DNA of 64,000 nt, taken from Paramecium tetraurelia. Taxonomy: Eukaryota. Numbering within the stretch: position 1 is the stretch's first letter; each line of letters starts with the position of its first letter. Of the stretch, positions 27,428-40,639 are shown piece after piece. Location of the stretch: positions 124,001-188,000 of the forward strand of contig CT868008.1 in NCBI GenBank assembly GCA_000165425.1, in the 5' to 3' direction. A program made the translations under genes and the position numbers. A model generated the notes under the pieces. The model had not been told where the DNA came from. It made no database searches and was given only the letters and a program-made list of their open reading frames with translations.

Positions 27428-29049
27428 TCAATTGTCAATTTCAACTCCTTAAACTCCATTTTCTATTTTAGAAACATATATTTATACATAAAGGTACTTC
27501 CTCATCGTTATTTTCAGAAAGACAGATCTGAATAAATAGATTATCAATTTAGCTGATTCCTTCCTTGATTTATTTGAAGATATTTTTTGACTTTTCTTGT
27601 TCCTCATCCTCGTAATTCTCTATAAGATTCTGACTATATTTGGCGAGTATTGGATCTAACATCACTCCTTAAACATAGATCTAAATAATATTCAAATAGT
27701 ACATTAATCATTATGATCGCTATAGAGATAGTTAAGAGCACTTCACCTATTGGACCATAGAGTATAATCGTTTATATTGAAAGAGCATATGCCATTGCTC
27801 CTCTTAATCCACTGAACCATAGCATATTCATTTAGTATTCATTAATTATATGGATACTGCGAAATTGATTTGCAAATTTGGTAATTAAATAAACAAAGAA
27901 GTATCTTGAAAGATTTATAGCTATAAAAGTAGATATAATGATTCCAACCCCAGTTTCTTAATATGGCAAATTAAAACCAATGACTCCTATTCCAATAAAG
28001 ATGAACACTGAATTTTCAAAGATGTGAGCTATAATTTCATAGAATTTAGTGAATTCTTTCTTAGACAATTCATTTGTATTGGGAATTGTGTATCTAGCCA
28101 TTGAAATACCACAAAACATAATACTAACAATTCCTGACATTTCTAATGCTTCTGATATAAGGTAAGTAATCCAAGGTAATAATAAGAGCAAAGATGCCTC
28201 AAAATTAGCAATGGCTTGATTTTTAAACCTTATTACAAAAGCACTTATTATTCCCATGGCATAACCTATAGCTATTGAAAGAAAGAATATTAATAGAAAT
28301 TAACTAATTACTTTCAATAAATCACTTGTTTCTTAATTGATTATTTCATTAACTGCACTATTAAAATCAATAAATATTCTTATTACTTAAATAATGTTAA
28401 AGAAACAGCATCATTAAGAATGCTTTCTCCGAAAATAAAAGTGTAGAGCATTTTTGATTATTTCATATTTTTGAAAGCACTTAGAACAGCAACTGGATCC
28501 GTTGAAGATATTATTGCTCCGAATGCAAAGCATTTAGATAATTGCAGTTCCTTTGCTAAACCTAATTAACCACATATAAAGATAAAGAATGAGGTTATTA
28601 TCATTGATATTATTGTGCCCAAAATTGCATAAATATTGATGGTACCAAAATGTTCAAAGAAAGTTACCGAATCCATGTGAATAGCACTTATATTTATATG
28701 TTTGAATACCTTTCAAACAAGATAGGCGGTAGCAATATTATTAAGAATAATTAACTAAACCCCATTTTCATGGTCATTGTTATATCCTTTCCTGATTTAG
28801 AAAAAGTTAAAATATATCCTGTTATTAATCCAATGGATGTAGTTATAATAGTGTCATTGATATATTTTAAGTAGGGATATTTTAGTTTTTTAGTGGCAAT
28901 GGTTTGGAGCAGCAATTCATTGAATACCAATAATCCAATAATTAAGAGAATTGAATCACTTATTAATGAAGTTTCCTATATGAATGTCTTGAGCTTACAT
29001 TGCTATCATCAATGTTGTCTCCACATTTTTTAAATAAATGTAAAAACAT
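27428..29049 (-). CDS. Na+/H+ exchanger (CPA1/NHE family)
   Basis: ILLPPILFE, FGAIISSTDPVAVL, IFGESILNDAVS, SGIVSIMFCGI, WFSGLRGAMAYAL; many hydrophobic segments; several tiny introns. Confidence 0.93.
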
Positions 29050-29179
29050 CAAAATAATTATAAAAATATTCTAACACATTTTCAATATTTATTTGTGTTC
29101 TCATTTCTCCTTTCTTTTGGGATTACTAAATTAGAATGATCCTTTTGTGACTCTTAATTCTCAATCAATTAATAATTAA

Positions 29180-29884
29180 ATGTTAGAGAATGAATAATAA
29201 ATTTAAGAAGACCCTAAAACTAATCTTCTTAATCTTGATTCAGGAATAGAATTTATAAAACCCATAAGACATAAATCTTCTTATTATGAAAAGGATTTTT
29301 TTGTAGAACCTTGGGATGAAAATCAGGATAATTTCCTCCAATTATCTCCAAAAATGAAAGAGGAACAATAATAAGAAAGAAAAACTAGATCAATAAAAAT
29401 TAAACTTCCTTAATCTCGAACCTAAAGTAGACAACGCTCAAGTGAAACTTAGTAAACAGTTCAAATTACTCTTCCATTACATGATAGAGCTGGAAGTTGT
29501 CATGCATAATTTTAAGACTTAGGTATTTCAAATCATTCAACCACTTATAAGAGAATAGTAGATAAAATGAAGAACATATAAATGAACAAAACTCCTGCGA
29601 TTTAATATAATCATAATTATAAGCAATTTAGTTTAAAGGTATCCGCAAACAAAAAGAAAATCAAACAGATTGCTCAAGTAAAGTAAAAAGAACCATTCTC
29701 ATGGTCAGACTACTACAAATTCATATAAAAAAATCATAATCAAATCAAGCCTAATAAAATGTTCAATCCATTAATTAATGGCTACACTATTTAGATAAAT
29801 AAGTCTCTACAGTAGAAGTCTGATAAAGAATCTATATTAAAAAACTTTCGATTGAGATCCTCCTACAATAAGACTATTGTTTGA
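29180..29884 (+). CDS. Hypothetical protein
   Basis: ATG-to-TGA frame of 705 nt under table 6 (MLENEQQIQEDPKTNLLNLDSG...KTIV); no recognisable domain. Confidence 0.6.
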
Positions 29885-29922
29885 TAATTTTTGTATAATT
29901 GCAAATACTTATGATTAATATA

Positions 29923-30744
29923 TCACTAAATATATTTACTGAAAATCTTAAAATGCTTATATTTCAATTTGTTTACTAATTAAACAAGAGTACAAAGATT
30001 CTGAAGTATGATATTCCTATCAATTAGTTTAAAAATGTTTGAGAATTCCTTAAATTCTAATTATATACTCTTATTCTTATTAAAATTGGTTGAATTTTCT
30101 TTTACTTGTTCTAACTATTCTATCGAAAAGTAAATTTTCATTTTGTAAGAGTTATTCATTTCTTATTTGATTTGAACTTTCAATATATAGATATTTTTAT
30201 ATCAAGTATTTGAACACTACATCTAATTTGCTACAAAAGCTTAAGAAACAGATTCTTGTGATTTTTATCAATATTTTTTCATCAAGTCTTTAAAGTCGCA
30301 ATTCTAGAATATGATATATTAATTTTTCTATTATAATCCATATTTTATGAGATTACTTATAGTTATCAACAATTCTTGTTATATTTCAATATTAAATTCT
30401 GTCAATTTAGCTATTTCTATTGAAAATAACGATTATTCAAGTTATTCTATTTTATAAGATTAAATTCTTTCAATAACAAGAATAGATGCCTTTTTTTACT
30501 GCTATTTTTATCACGTTTTAGTTTCATTTCGCTTATAAGTTATGCCCTGCTTTTTCATAAAAAGAACATTTTATAATATTTCAATTCTTAAGCTGCTTAA
30601 CTTTTATTCAATAAATATCTATTTTATTGTGATATATTGTCAATATTTTATAAATAAAATAGTAGTCTTTTTTGCTTTAAAATTGAATTTTGGTTATAAA
30701 GGGGATGTGTAGCTGTAAATTGACTGTTTGTTAAACTTTGACAT
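29923..30744 (-). CDS. Hypothetical coiled-coil protein
   Basis: MSKFNKQSIYSYTSPL..., Q/E/K/L-rich frame ending FSKYIQ-TGA; exact 3' end uncertain. Confidence 0.55.
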
Positions 30745-30794
30745 AGAGGTTAAAATAAGAATTTGAAATGATAAAAAGCACTTAATACACAAAC

Positions 30795-31442
30795 TCATAA
30801 ATATTTATCAAATTTAGTAAATAATTCAACAAGCATTCCAGCTAGAAATAAGTTAATAACAAAGAAGATTGATTTACAGGTATAAATGCTGTAACCGAAA
30901 TGCTCTTTTTTAGAAATGCCTTTAGGTTCCTGATACATATTTTATGTGTTGATTTCTTAGTGAGTTTGTATTCTAAAAATATATTTTTAATTTACTCTTA
31001 AATTTCTTGTTTTAATTGGCCAACGTGGTTTTCAGTTTTTTAATTATATTAAACCATAATTTCTGCAATCACCTTAGTGAATTGGCCCTTGTCTATTCCT
31101 TAGGCTGATGTTAAATTATATTTTACACTGAGTCATCAATTAAAATTGATCTGCAATGTCTTAAAGAAACTAGTAGGCAAATGTTTTCTAATCTTCGATA
31201 ACACTATTTTCTGGCTGTTGCAATAAACACATAAAATTATATTGGTTTTTTTGTAGGTGATACAACGTGTACTCATTCTAGGATAAAATAAGGATTTGAA
31301 ATACAATTTGAAATTGTTGTTTCTCTTCATTATTTTTAATGAATTTGAGCTATTTCAAAATTAATGACTAGAAATCTTCATTTGATTCAGTATATTCACA
31401 TAATATTAGAGATCCTTTGGAAATAGCTGAAAATAGAATCAT
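30795..31442 (-). CDS. VAMP7-like longin-domain protein with probable C-terminal transmembrane segment
   Basis: MILFSAISKGSLILCEYTESNEDFQSLILKQLKFI...NEYTLYHLQKNQYNFMCL...FAYQFLQDIADQF resembles the VAMP7 longin N-terminus; terminal SIFFVINLFLAGMLVELF. Confidence 0.75.
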
Positions 31443-31518
31443 AAAATATTTATTTAATTCGTTTTTAATTAACAAGCAGTAGATGAATAGAGCTTTCTAA
31501 TTAATTTATAAATTTTTT

Positions 31519-32866
31519 ATGGGAAATTGTAATATAAATGAGAAGCAAGAGGATTTGCTAGAAAGCAACAGTACTTATTCTTCCTATTCTAAGTTACCTC
31601 GATATCCAACTTCCAATTTATTGATGCAATAGGCAGAGGGGGATTTGGCAAGGTATGGAAGGTGAAAAAAAAGAAAAACAAGTTGCTTTATGCGTTGAAA
31701 GTGATGTCGAAGGCGAAGTACTTAAAATTGAATATATGTTGAGAATCATCCTAAAGAAGTCGGTTTAGTCGGTTATAAATGAGAGATAATTGCTGAGTAA
31801 TTTGAGACATGGGTATATGTTAGATTGTAATTTTTTTCAGATTTTTGATAAATATGCAAAGTGCTTTTCAAGATAAGGAATATCTGTATTTGGTAATGGA
31901 TTTGTTAACAGGAGGAGATTTGAGATTTCATATAGGGAGATTGAGAAGATTCAATGAAGAATAAACAAGTACAGTTTGAAAATTTGAATTAGAATTTTTT
32001 GCTGCTTGTATTATAATAGCTCTTGAATACTTACATTAAAATGGGATACTACATAGAGATTTGAAGCCTGAAAATTTGGTTTTTGATAGCAGTGGTAATT
32101 GGTTTAAATAGTAAAGTGAGGTTATTTGAGATTAACTGATTTGGGTATAGCAAGAATATGGAAACCTGAGAATTCAGCAGATACTAGTGGAACCCCAGGT
32201 TACATGGCTCCAGAAGTTATGTGTCGTCATAATCACGGAATAGCAGTTGATTATTTTGCCCTGGGAGTTATAGTTTACGAGTGCATGTTAGGAAGAAGAC
32301 CCTATCTCGGAAGGAGCAGATAAGAAATAAGAGAACAAATGTTATCAAAATAGGCAGCAATTAAAAGATAGGAAATACCACCAGGATGGAATATATAGGC
32401 AGGCGATTTTGCAAATTAGGTAAAATGTTTTATTTGACAAACAGTTACTCTAAAGAAAGCCCTAAAATCGGTTGGGTTCAAATGGTCCTGATGAAGTCAA
32501 GGAACATCCATGGTTCAAAGATTTTAATTGGCAAAAGTTGGAGAACAAAATTATGGTAGCTCCATTTGTTCCAAATGTAATCTATCTAAATTATTTAATA
32601 AGTGCAACGAGGATAATTACTTGCCGTCAGATGGCAGAAAGGATTCAGACGATTCCCTTAGTTAAGAATAATAACTATTGTTAAGACGTAACTCAATATA
32701 AGGTATGTTGTAATTAAACTACTAAGATTTATTTAATGGGTATGATTATGATAGTAGTCAATAACAATCTTCATAGAATAATCTTATGATTGTTTCAAGT
32801 TAATCATCAACCAGATTGAGTAAGCCACCTACTTCCTCAAGCACTCCTAAGTCTTCTAAATTATGA
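31519..32866 (+). CDS. AGC-family Ser/Thr protein kinase with N-terminal MGNC acylation motif
   Basis: GRGGFGKV, YALK, HRDLKPEN, LTDLG, TSGTPGYMAPE; 8 introns of ~23-28 nt. Confidence 0.93.
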
Positions 32867-32944
32867 AATTGAGTATTGATATTAGATCCTTCAATAATGA
32901 TTAGTTGTTTAATTCAATCTTATTTAATACTTAATAACATAATA

Positions 32945-34704
32945 TCATGCTCTTTCTCTCTTTCTTGGTGCACATTTTACAATATCATCCACTCTCATAA
33001 TTAATTCAGCTGCTTCACTTGCAGCCATAACTGCTTACTCCTTAACTCTCATGCATTCTTTGATTCCTAATTCTTTCATGTCACCAACAGTTCCATCATT
33101 CATATTCAATCCATAAGATAAATTTCCTTTTTGCAATTCCACTTTGAAATTTTATATCAATTCAGCTGAATCGTAACCTAATTTGATTATAATAAATGAA
33201 TACCTCCATTATCACAGATGATAGTTGGAATCTATCTCAATGCTCTAGCATATGCTTCTATAGCTAATGCTTATTTTCCTTAAACTTTCTTGGCTTCTTC
33301 TTCACATGCAGCAGCCATTTGCATTTCTGAATTACCACCTCCCCAAACAACTCTTCTATTCTTCACTGTAGTGATTAAGACACACAAAACATCATGAATT
33401 GATCTATCTACTTCATCCAAGATATGAATTGAAGAACCTCTCAATACAATTGTACAAGCTTCATTCTTTTTGCAACCTGTGAATTTGATCATCTATACAT
33501 ATAATATAATTTGTACCTTCTCTTCTCCAATCATAATTTCTTCAATTAAATCACAATGTCCTAATACTTAATCTCTTCTTTCAGGAGCATCGAATGTTGA
33601 TAAGATTTCTGCTCCAGTAGCAGCAGCCACTCTTTCCATACCTTCAAAATCAGCATGTTCAATAACAGTAATTCCAGAATCAGCTAATAATTATTCAGGA
33701 TAGTTATAGATCAGTTATCTATTTATAAATATTGTTGGTTAAAATTTAAGAATCTTATCAACCTTATGTTTCATCTTCTCTTTTTCTGCTGCTTCTATTT
33801 CAGCTACTTTGTCCATTGAATTGACTTTGACTTTGGTACCATAAATCTTAATCTTATCATAATCCATGGCTGTATTAGCAACCAAGATTTTGGCATTTTC
33901 AATTCTTCTTTTACAACCAATTGTTATTTATTTCTTAAGAATGAATCCATCATCCAAATAGGAATCTCTGATTGTTCCTCCTGGAAGCTTAATGATCTAG
34001 ATGTAATCTAAATTAGATGATCCCTTCAATCTCAAAACCGCTTTGACACACAAATCAGCAAAGTAATCTCTGTCTGTTGTAATCAATTTTGAACTCAAAG
34101 TTGTTCTGGCAATCTTAATCAAGTCATTATGGAATTCTTAAGATTCAATGTCATTTTCAGTTGCTAGAAATTATAATCAATATAAGTACAAATATCCCTT
34201 AATCTCTTTAATGCCACATCTCTAGCTATTCTCCATCCTGCTATCACATGTTGTGGATGAATTCTTTTTTAAATTAATTTCTCTCCTTCTCTTAACAATT
34301 CACCTGCCAACACTGCTACTGTTGTTGTCCCATCTCCTACTTCTTCATCTTGGGTTTTGCTGATCTCAATCAGAATCTTAGCAGCTGGGTTCTCAACATA
34401 CATGGATTTTAAAATCGTAGCACCATCATTAGTAACAGTGATGTGAGTCATCTCTTAACCAGGTCCTGTGGGTTTCAATATTTTATCCTATCTCTTAATA
34501 ACTATATCATACCATTCCTTTTGGACCTAGAGTTGTCTTTACTAAATCAGCCACTGCAATTGCGCCTACAAAACTTTACTTAAATTTTAAACTCAAATAA
34601 TACCAATCTGGCCATCTCGCCTTTGTCCTCTGTAGCTTCATCCTTCAAAACTTATGGCAGCACGTTCTAATGATTAAACAATAGCTTACTCCTACGATAT
34701 CCAT
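32945..34704 (-). CDS. CCT2: T-complex protein 1 subunit beta (chaperonin CCT-beta)
   Basis: [87 protein letters not shown]. Confidence 0.96.
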
Positions 34705-34747
34705 TATTAATGTTAATTAAAAAAAGAAAATTTTAATCAAATATAAA

Positions 34748-35764
34748 ATGAGCATCGAAGATGATAAAATTAAACACTTCCTCCAATTCTTAAATACTCA
34801 TTATAATAACAAATTTGAAAAATTATAAAGATAATAACTAAATTAGATTGATTCCACACTTTTATTTAGGATAGTCCAATATATAAATTTTTAGGATTAT
34901 GTGAGATATTTGAATTATGTTGAAATTTAGATATTTTTAAATACTCAGATAAACATAATATTCAGTTTATATGAATGTATAATTGATTAGGAAGCCATGT
35001 TGAGGAAATTTCTATCCTGATTTTGTTCAGGTTAGTAATCTATAGAGCACTCTTAGATGAAAATTAGAAATTTGAGTGTTTTTTCATAAGAATCTAAAAA
35101 TAAAAGAAGAATAATAAACTTATTGGCAAAATTATTTCTAAAAGCTCAGTATATTTGTATTGAATATTTTATAATGTTTCGACAAAAAGACAATTAGAAT
35201 GAGATTTTGAAATGCAAAAGATAAGTAAATAAATACAAATAATTAAATTATATTTATTCTTATTTGAATAATCATTCGAGTAATTAATTGTTTATACTTA
35301 TGATATTACCATAAATATGCTTGGACTCTATTTAGTTCTCTGTATTTAACAAAATATAAAAGTTAACTGTTAAATACATCCAGTCAATAACATATCATTA
35401 TGGTTTAAAGCATAGATATTTGGCTGCAACAGGAATAACAAGTCCTGCAATATTCCTTTAAGAAGTGTTCAAAAATCAATATCACCTTTTGAATTTCACC
35501 AAGTATTTTATTCTATTGAATTGATATATCAGTGATAAAAATAATACTCAATTGAGATTTCAAACATCATATCATGAATTATTGATTTATGTTCAGTAAT
35601 AACATAAAATTAAAGATGTTCGAACGGAAACATATTTATTTAAAGAGAATTTAAAAGAGAACTTCAATAATATTAAATTATTTTTTTAAGGAGTAGCATT
35701 ATCTGACCCCATAGATATAAGAAAGTATGTGCAAGAAGAAGAAAGTAGTGATGAAGACTTATGA
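34748..35764 (+). CDS. Hypothetical protein, head-to-head with CCT2
   Basis: MSIEDDKIKHFLQFLNTHY..., needs tiny introns, acidic tail QEEESSDEDL-TGA. Confidence 0.6.
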
Positions 35765-35807
35765 AAATAATTCTTTTATAATTATTTATTTTTTTAATAA
35801 AAATTAC

Positions 35808-37488
35808 ATGTTTTTTAATAATAGTGAACAGAACTTTTAAGGGAACACTCCATTAGGATATCAATTTGGAGGAGCTTACACCTTTGGTACATCTGAACGA
35901 ACAGATTGGGTTAAAAGAGATGATAAAGTTTAATCAAAAACAGAATAAGCTACAATGTGCGAGAGATTCGAGGAGACCCTCAGAATAACTGAAAAATTAC
36001 GACAAAGCTAATAAAAATCTACTAGATCTAATTTTCCTAGAGATGACAGAATCAAACCAATAAAGTCAACAAATCCTCCTGTAGGGCAATATAATCTTCA
36101 TAAGTAACTCATATTAGATGAAGAAAATATCAAGAATATCTCAGACAAAACACAATAAGAAAAAAAAAAGGCTTAATTTACAATTCAAACTTCTTTAGGC
36201 AAAATAAAACCAAATGGAGAAATTGACACTCATCCAACATGGGTGAATGGAAAAGAGCAACAATTTAGAGAAGATCCTATAGGGTATGTGCATCAATATA
36301 TATTAAAGTCCTGGATCTTATAATCCAAACATCCCGGGCAAAACTCAAGCTCCAATATCATTTGGATATAAGGAAACTTTTAATTGGACTAAAGATGGAC
36401 CTTCACCTGATAAATATTACAATTCTGAAACCTTCAGTTAATTCAGAACTACAACAAGTTGGTAAGACACAAAACATAGAAAGACTGGGTTTGGTTCAGC
36501 ACCAAAAAATGTATGGCCTAAATCAATTGATCTTGGACCTGGATAATATCAACCAAATGAACTTCCAAAAGGCTTAACCATATCATTCCCAAAAAGTGAA
36601 AGACAATATTACAAATCATCTGAAATTCCTGGTCCTGGTGCTTATGCTCCAAAGAATGTCAATGTAAAGAAAGCGTTCAGTATTGGGCATAAGTACATTC
36701 CTTTTAAAACATCAGATTTCTATGTTCCGGGCCCTGGAAGTACATATTTAGTATTACTTAGCTTATAATCAAAAATTGCCATCAAATGGTAAATATATCT
36801 CAATGCCTAAAGATAAAAGATAAGATCTAGTCACTCGAGAATCAACACTCAAACCAGGCCCTGGTCAATATATATAAAGCACAGACACCATTAAGCCTAA
36901 AGAAGTACCTATTGAAAATTAGCATGGTTTTGGTGTTGCCAAGAGATATGAATTAGCTTAGGATGACAACATTGAACTTCCAGAAAAGACTGAATTACAA
37001 AAACAGGAAGAAAGAGAAAAAATAGGATTTTCAACTCTAGGAGGTCCTAAATACTCAATGAGATAAAAAAATGAAAAGTAAAGCATCAATTAGAATCCTT
37101 CTCCTGGCAAATATGAACCTGATTACGATTTCAAATATGGTTAATAATCTGAGTACAAACCACCTTATCATTATACTGTTCCAAAGACTGCTACTCCTTA
37201 GATGGGTTTAAGTAACAGAAGTGATCCAACGATTTCAAAATTTAAGGAAATTGGACCTGGAAGTTACACAGCCCTGCCATCATAATCTGGTCCCAGAATA
37301 AGGTATATCTTCTATTAATTGTAAGTATGCCGAAAGCTGCTAGATTTCCTATTAGAGAAGCTGAAGATGTGGGTCCTGGCTCTTATAAAATTGGAACAAC
37401 AATTGGTTTAATACCAAAATATCATTTTGAAAAACAAAGAGATTAATTAGAAACTTCATTAACACAATTTGATAAATTTCATAAATGA
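35808..37488 (+). CDS. Second SHIPPO-1/ODF3-like PGP-repeat protein
   Basis: Repeats LGPGQY, IPGPGAY, VPGPG, KPGPGQY, PSPGKY, IGPGSY, VGPGSY; IGLIPKYH near the C-terminus. Confidence 0.88.
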
Positions 37489-38082
37489 AATATTAATTAT
37501 TCTATAAATAAATAACACTATATTAAGATTAACATAAATTTGTACAAGAATCAAATGGCAAATACTTAATCACACAGTAAATAGACTAAATTTTTAATAA
37601 ATTTGGGATATTAGGGCATAGATTCTTCATTTTAATATATAAATTTTAAATTAATTTTGATTCTGATAAAAAAATGGAAAAAATTTGGCAACTTTCGAAC
37701 AATTGGCGGTTGACAACCTTTTTTAACAATTGGCAAGTTCAGACCTGATTAAGTTCTAAGGAGTTTATGTTTCTATAAAATAAAATTTATTCTAGAAATT
37801 GCATTTTATAATTGAATTAACTAAATTAATTAAATTATTACCCCAAAAATAGGAAAAATGAATATATATTTTTTTTCTACATTATTTCGTAATTTTGAAT
37901 ACAAAAGTTTAGTAATGTATATAAATGATCAGAATTTCATCAGGGAAATAGCGTATTTTTAATTTTATATCATTGATTACGATAAATTTGTTAAATTGTG
38001 ATTATAATGGTTCTCTTAATTTATTAATAATGTGTAAGATCTTAAGTGCTATCATGTATTTAATTACAAATTAATTATTATA

Positions 38083-39105
38083 ATGTCTATTATAGCTAAA
38101 AATTATTAGGAAATTGTGGAAGAAAACAGCTGTTTGCAGAAGAAAACTATTCGGAAGCCAAAAAGAAGAAATTAATATACAGTGGAATTTAAATTTGGAT
38201 CAAATATTAATACAGAAATACTGAGAGACTATTTAGAAGTTTATTACAATATTCCTCCTTAAATTGCTGAAATATAAGTTATAAGACTTTACTCCAACAT
38301 TTAGTTTCCAAATGATTTCAAATTTTAAGCTAAATTAGGTAATTTGTCGGTTGATCCTCACTCCTATAATTATAAGGTAATAAGAATTGATAAGAAAAAT
38401 AATTTGACTATATTCACTCTAGAAACAATCGATCATCCTTTTACACCTTTTGAACAATTCTTTTAAAAAATTTAATCATCTAATCCTCGACTAGCGCAAA
38501 GTTTTTCTGCTTTTAATACCAGAAATTTAGATACAAATACATATAAGTAAACAAAGGAAAAATTTATTGAAGACTTCGAATTGCAGTTGGATTCTGCGTT
38601 CACTTGTTATTTGTACAAATTAAAAAACGGTGTGTGTAAAACAATTTAAAGAGTTATCAATGACAAATTTATGGATTTGTTAGGAATAAGTTACTCGATG
38701 TTGGAGGATCATGTACTGTCCACAAGCACATTACCCTTTTCTACTTACATTGATCCAAATGATGATGTTTCTGAGATACTTTCTGGATTATTTGAAGGCA
38801 ATTTAAAATAAGATATTAGAACGAGAGAGGTCATGAATTATAATGGCTAGATATTTCATTCTCGAGTTTAGAATAAAAGCTTTTTTACTTATGATGAAGA
38901 AGAGAATGCTTATTATGAATATGCCTACTATATTTATGACTGTGATCCGAGATGGCTGACAAAATAGAGAGTAATGAGAAATTAAGAAGAATATTTTAAT
39001 GAAAAATGGTTTAATCAAGACAAGTTAAGAATAAGATTGGCATCAGAAGATTCTTAGTCAACTTAGTGTAATAAAAACTGTAGATACAAGGAATTGGATT
39101 TTTGA
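38083..39105 (+). CDS. Hypothetical protein, lineage-specific family (PAS-like segment), intronless
   Basis: 1023-nt frame; RVINDKFMDLLGISYSMLEDHVLSTSTLP...VMNYNGQIFHSRV; similar to the neighbouring gene. Confidence 0.75.
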
Positions 39106-39451
39106 TATGTAAATGATTCTGAAAATTAATCTTAATTTTCAGAATCTTGATTTAGTATATTTAAAATCAATTTTATGTTCCTTATTCTAAAAAGGAGAGT
39201 TGATTGTAATTTCGTAAATTTACAATTTAAATCATATTCAAATGGATTTCCACTTACAACTTAAATTCTAAATGCATTTATCATGTTATATTGCTCTTAA
39301 TTATAATATCATAATAATATCCAATTTTAATAATTAAGCATTTATAAACTTTAATTAGAATTTGAATTTTTTTTTTAATCTTTTTTAACTCCTTATTGCA
39401 AAATCATTATTAAGCTTTTTCATAAAGCTGAATAACAAGATATTTTACAAA

Positions 39452-40411
39452 ATGATTTATATTTATTCTTAAACACAATTTAGAATGATGAACCATCTAT
39501 TCAGTTAGCCATCTGATTTGTCTCTCAAATAAGTTGGAACAAACAAAAAGATAAAGAAGATGAAGTCCAAAGCAAAAGCCTAGAATGGACAAAATAATTA
39601 GAAAGTGTCTACTTCAACTAAGGACGAAGTTAAATATCTATTGGAGTTGACCTCCTCTAAAAAAGTAGACAAAAATTAACTAACAGAACTTCCTAGTCTA
39701 ACTAAAACGAGTTCTTATCTAATGGGTCATCTGGAAAGTGATATATTTAACAATTCTTACAAAATTATTTCATTACAACAATAGAAACAGGAAATAATTG
39801 TGAAATGTCTCCCTTTTAAGGAAACAAATTTGCTTGATATTAAGAAAGACTTTCCTTTTTACATAAATTTAGATTAGGTTTCTATGAATATCTATAGTTG
39901 TGATACACAAAGAACTTTAGAGTGTGTATAATAAAAAGATGTTCCTCTAGAAAAATTTGAATTCATCATAAATCCTAATCAAGATATTATTGGCTGTAAT
40001 CGAATAGTCAACAATTCATGGCTGAAAATGTTTGGAATCAATTAAGACATGATGATTCATAATTTACTTAAGAATTAGTCCTTCCCATCTGGATGGGGTT
40101 TTGAAAATTAAATTATATAAAATTAGGTTTCCAATACTTTTTTTAATAAAAAGTTGAGAGTTTAGTTGGTTTGTTATAATAGTACAAAATTCCATGCAGA
40201 TATACACGTGAGATAAGAGATCGAAACAAATTCGAAAAACTAGTTTTTATAAAGATATTAAATTTAATACTTCATTAATCGAGAGAATTTGAGTTTATCA
40301 TAGGTGGAACAAAATTTCCAAATATACTTCCAGTTAAAGGATCTTACTTAAGAGTTAATGGATAAATTTATCGTTTAAACAAATAAACAATGTTAAATAA
40401 AGAAGCTGTGA
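39452..40411 (+). CDS. Hypothetical protein, divergent tandem paralogue of 38083-39105
   Basis: 960-nt ATG-TGA span; RIVNNSWLKMFGINQDMMIHNLLKNQSLP...VCYNSTKFHADIHV; start could be the later ATG pair near 39485. Confidence 0.7.
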
Positions 40412-40639
40412 TAATATGTTATATTTCAATAAATTTATATAATAAAATTTAGAAAAATAATATTATTTTTATTATTATATTTTAATATAAATTTATATGA
40501 AGTTTAATAATAATATAAATATAACAAATTTGTATATGCTTTTATGTGTGGTAAAAAAAAAGAATCAAGGAATTAATTTGGTTTATTTTAAATAAGATTA
40601 CATATAAATATTACTTCACAACTATTCCAATAGTTATGA

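Noticed and set aside
25881..37488. Regularly recurring CCAGGTCC/GGACCTGG-like DNA motifs resembling a CRISPR or repeat array
   Set aside because: They are degenerate codons for protein PGPG repeats in two SHIPPO-type genes; there are no identical repeat-spacer units.
39781..39840. Apparent +1 frameshift in the second PAS-like gene
   Set aside because: One printed block in this line appears to have 11 letters while the line numbering allows 60 bases. The ATG-TGA span is 960 nt (a multiple of 3), so I treat it as a display or reading artefact.
40420..40600. Extremely AT-rich stretch with imperfect self-complementarity
   Set aside because: Expected by chance at this composition between convergent 3' ends; no specific structure is supportable.
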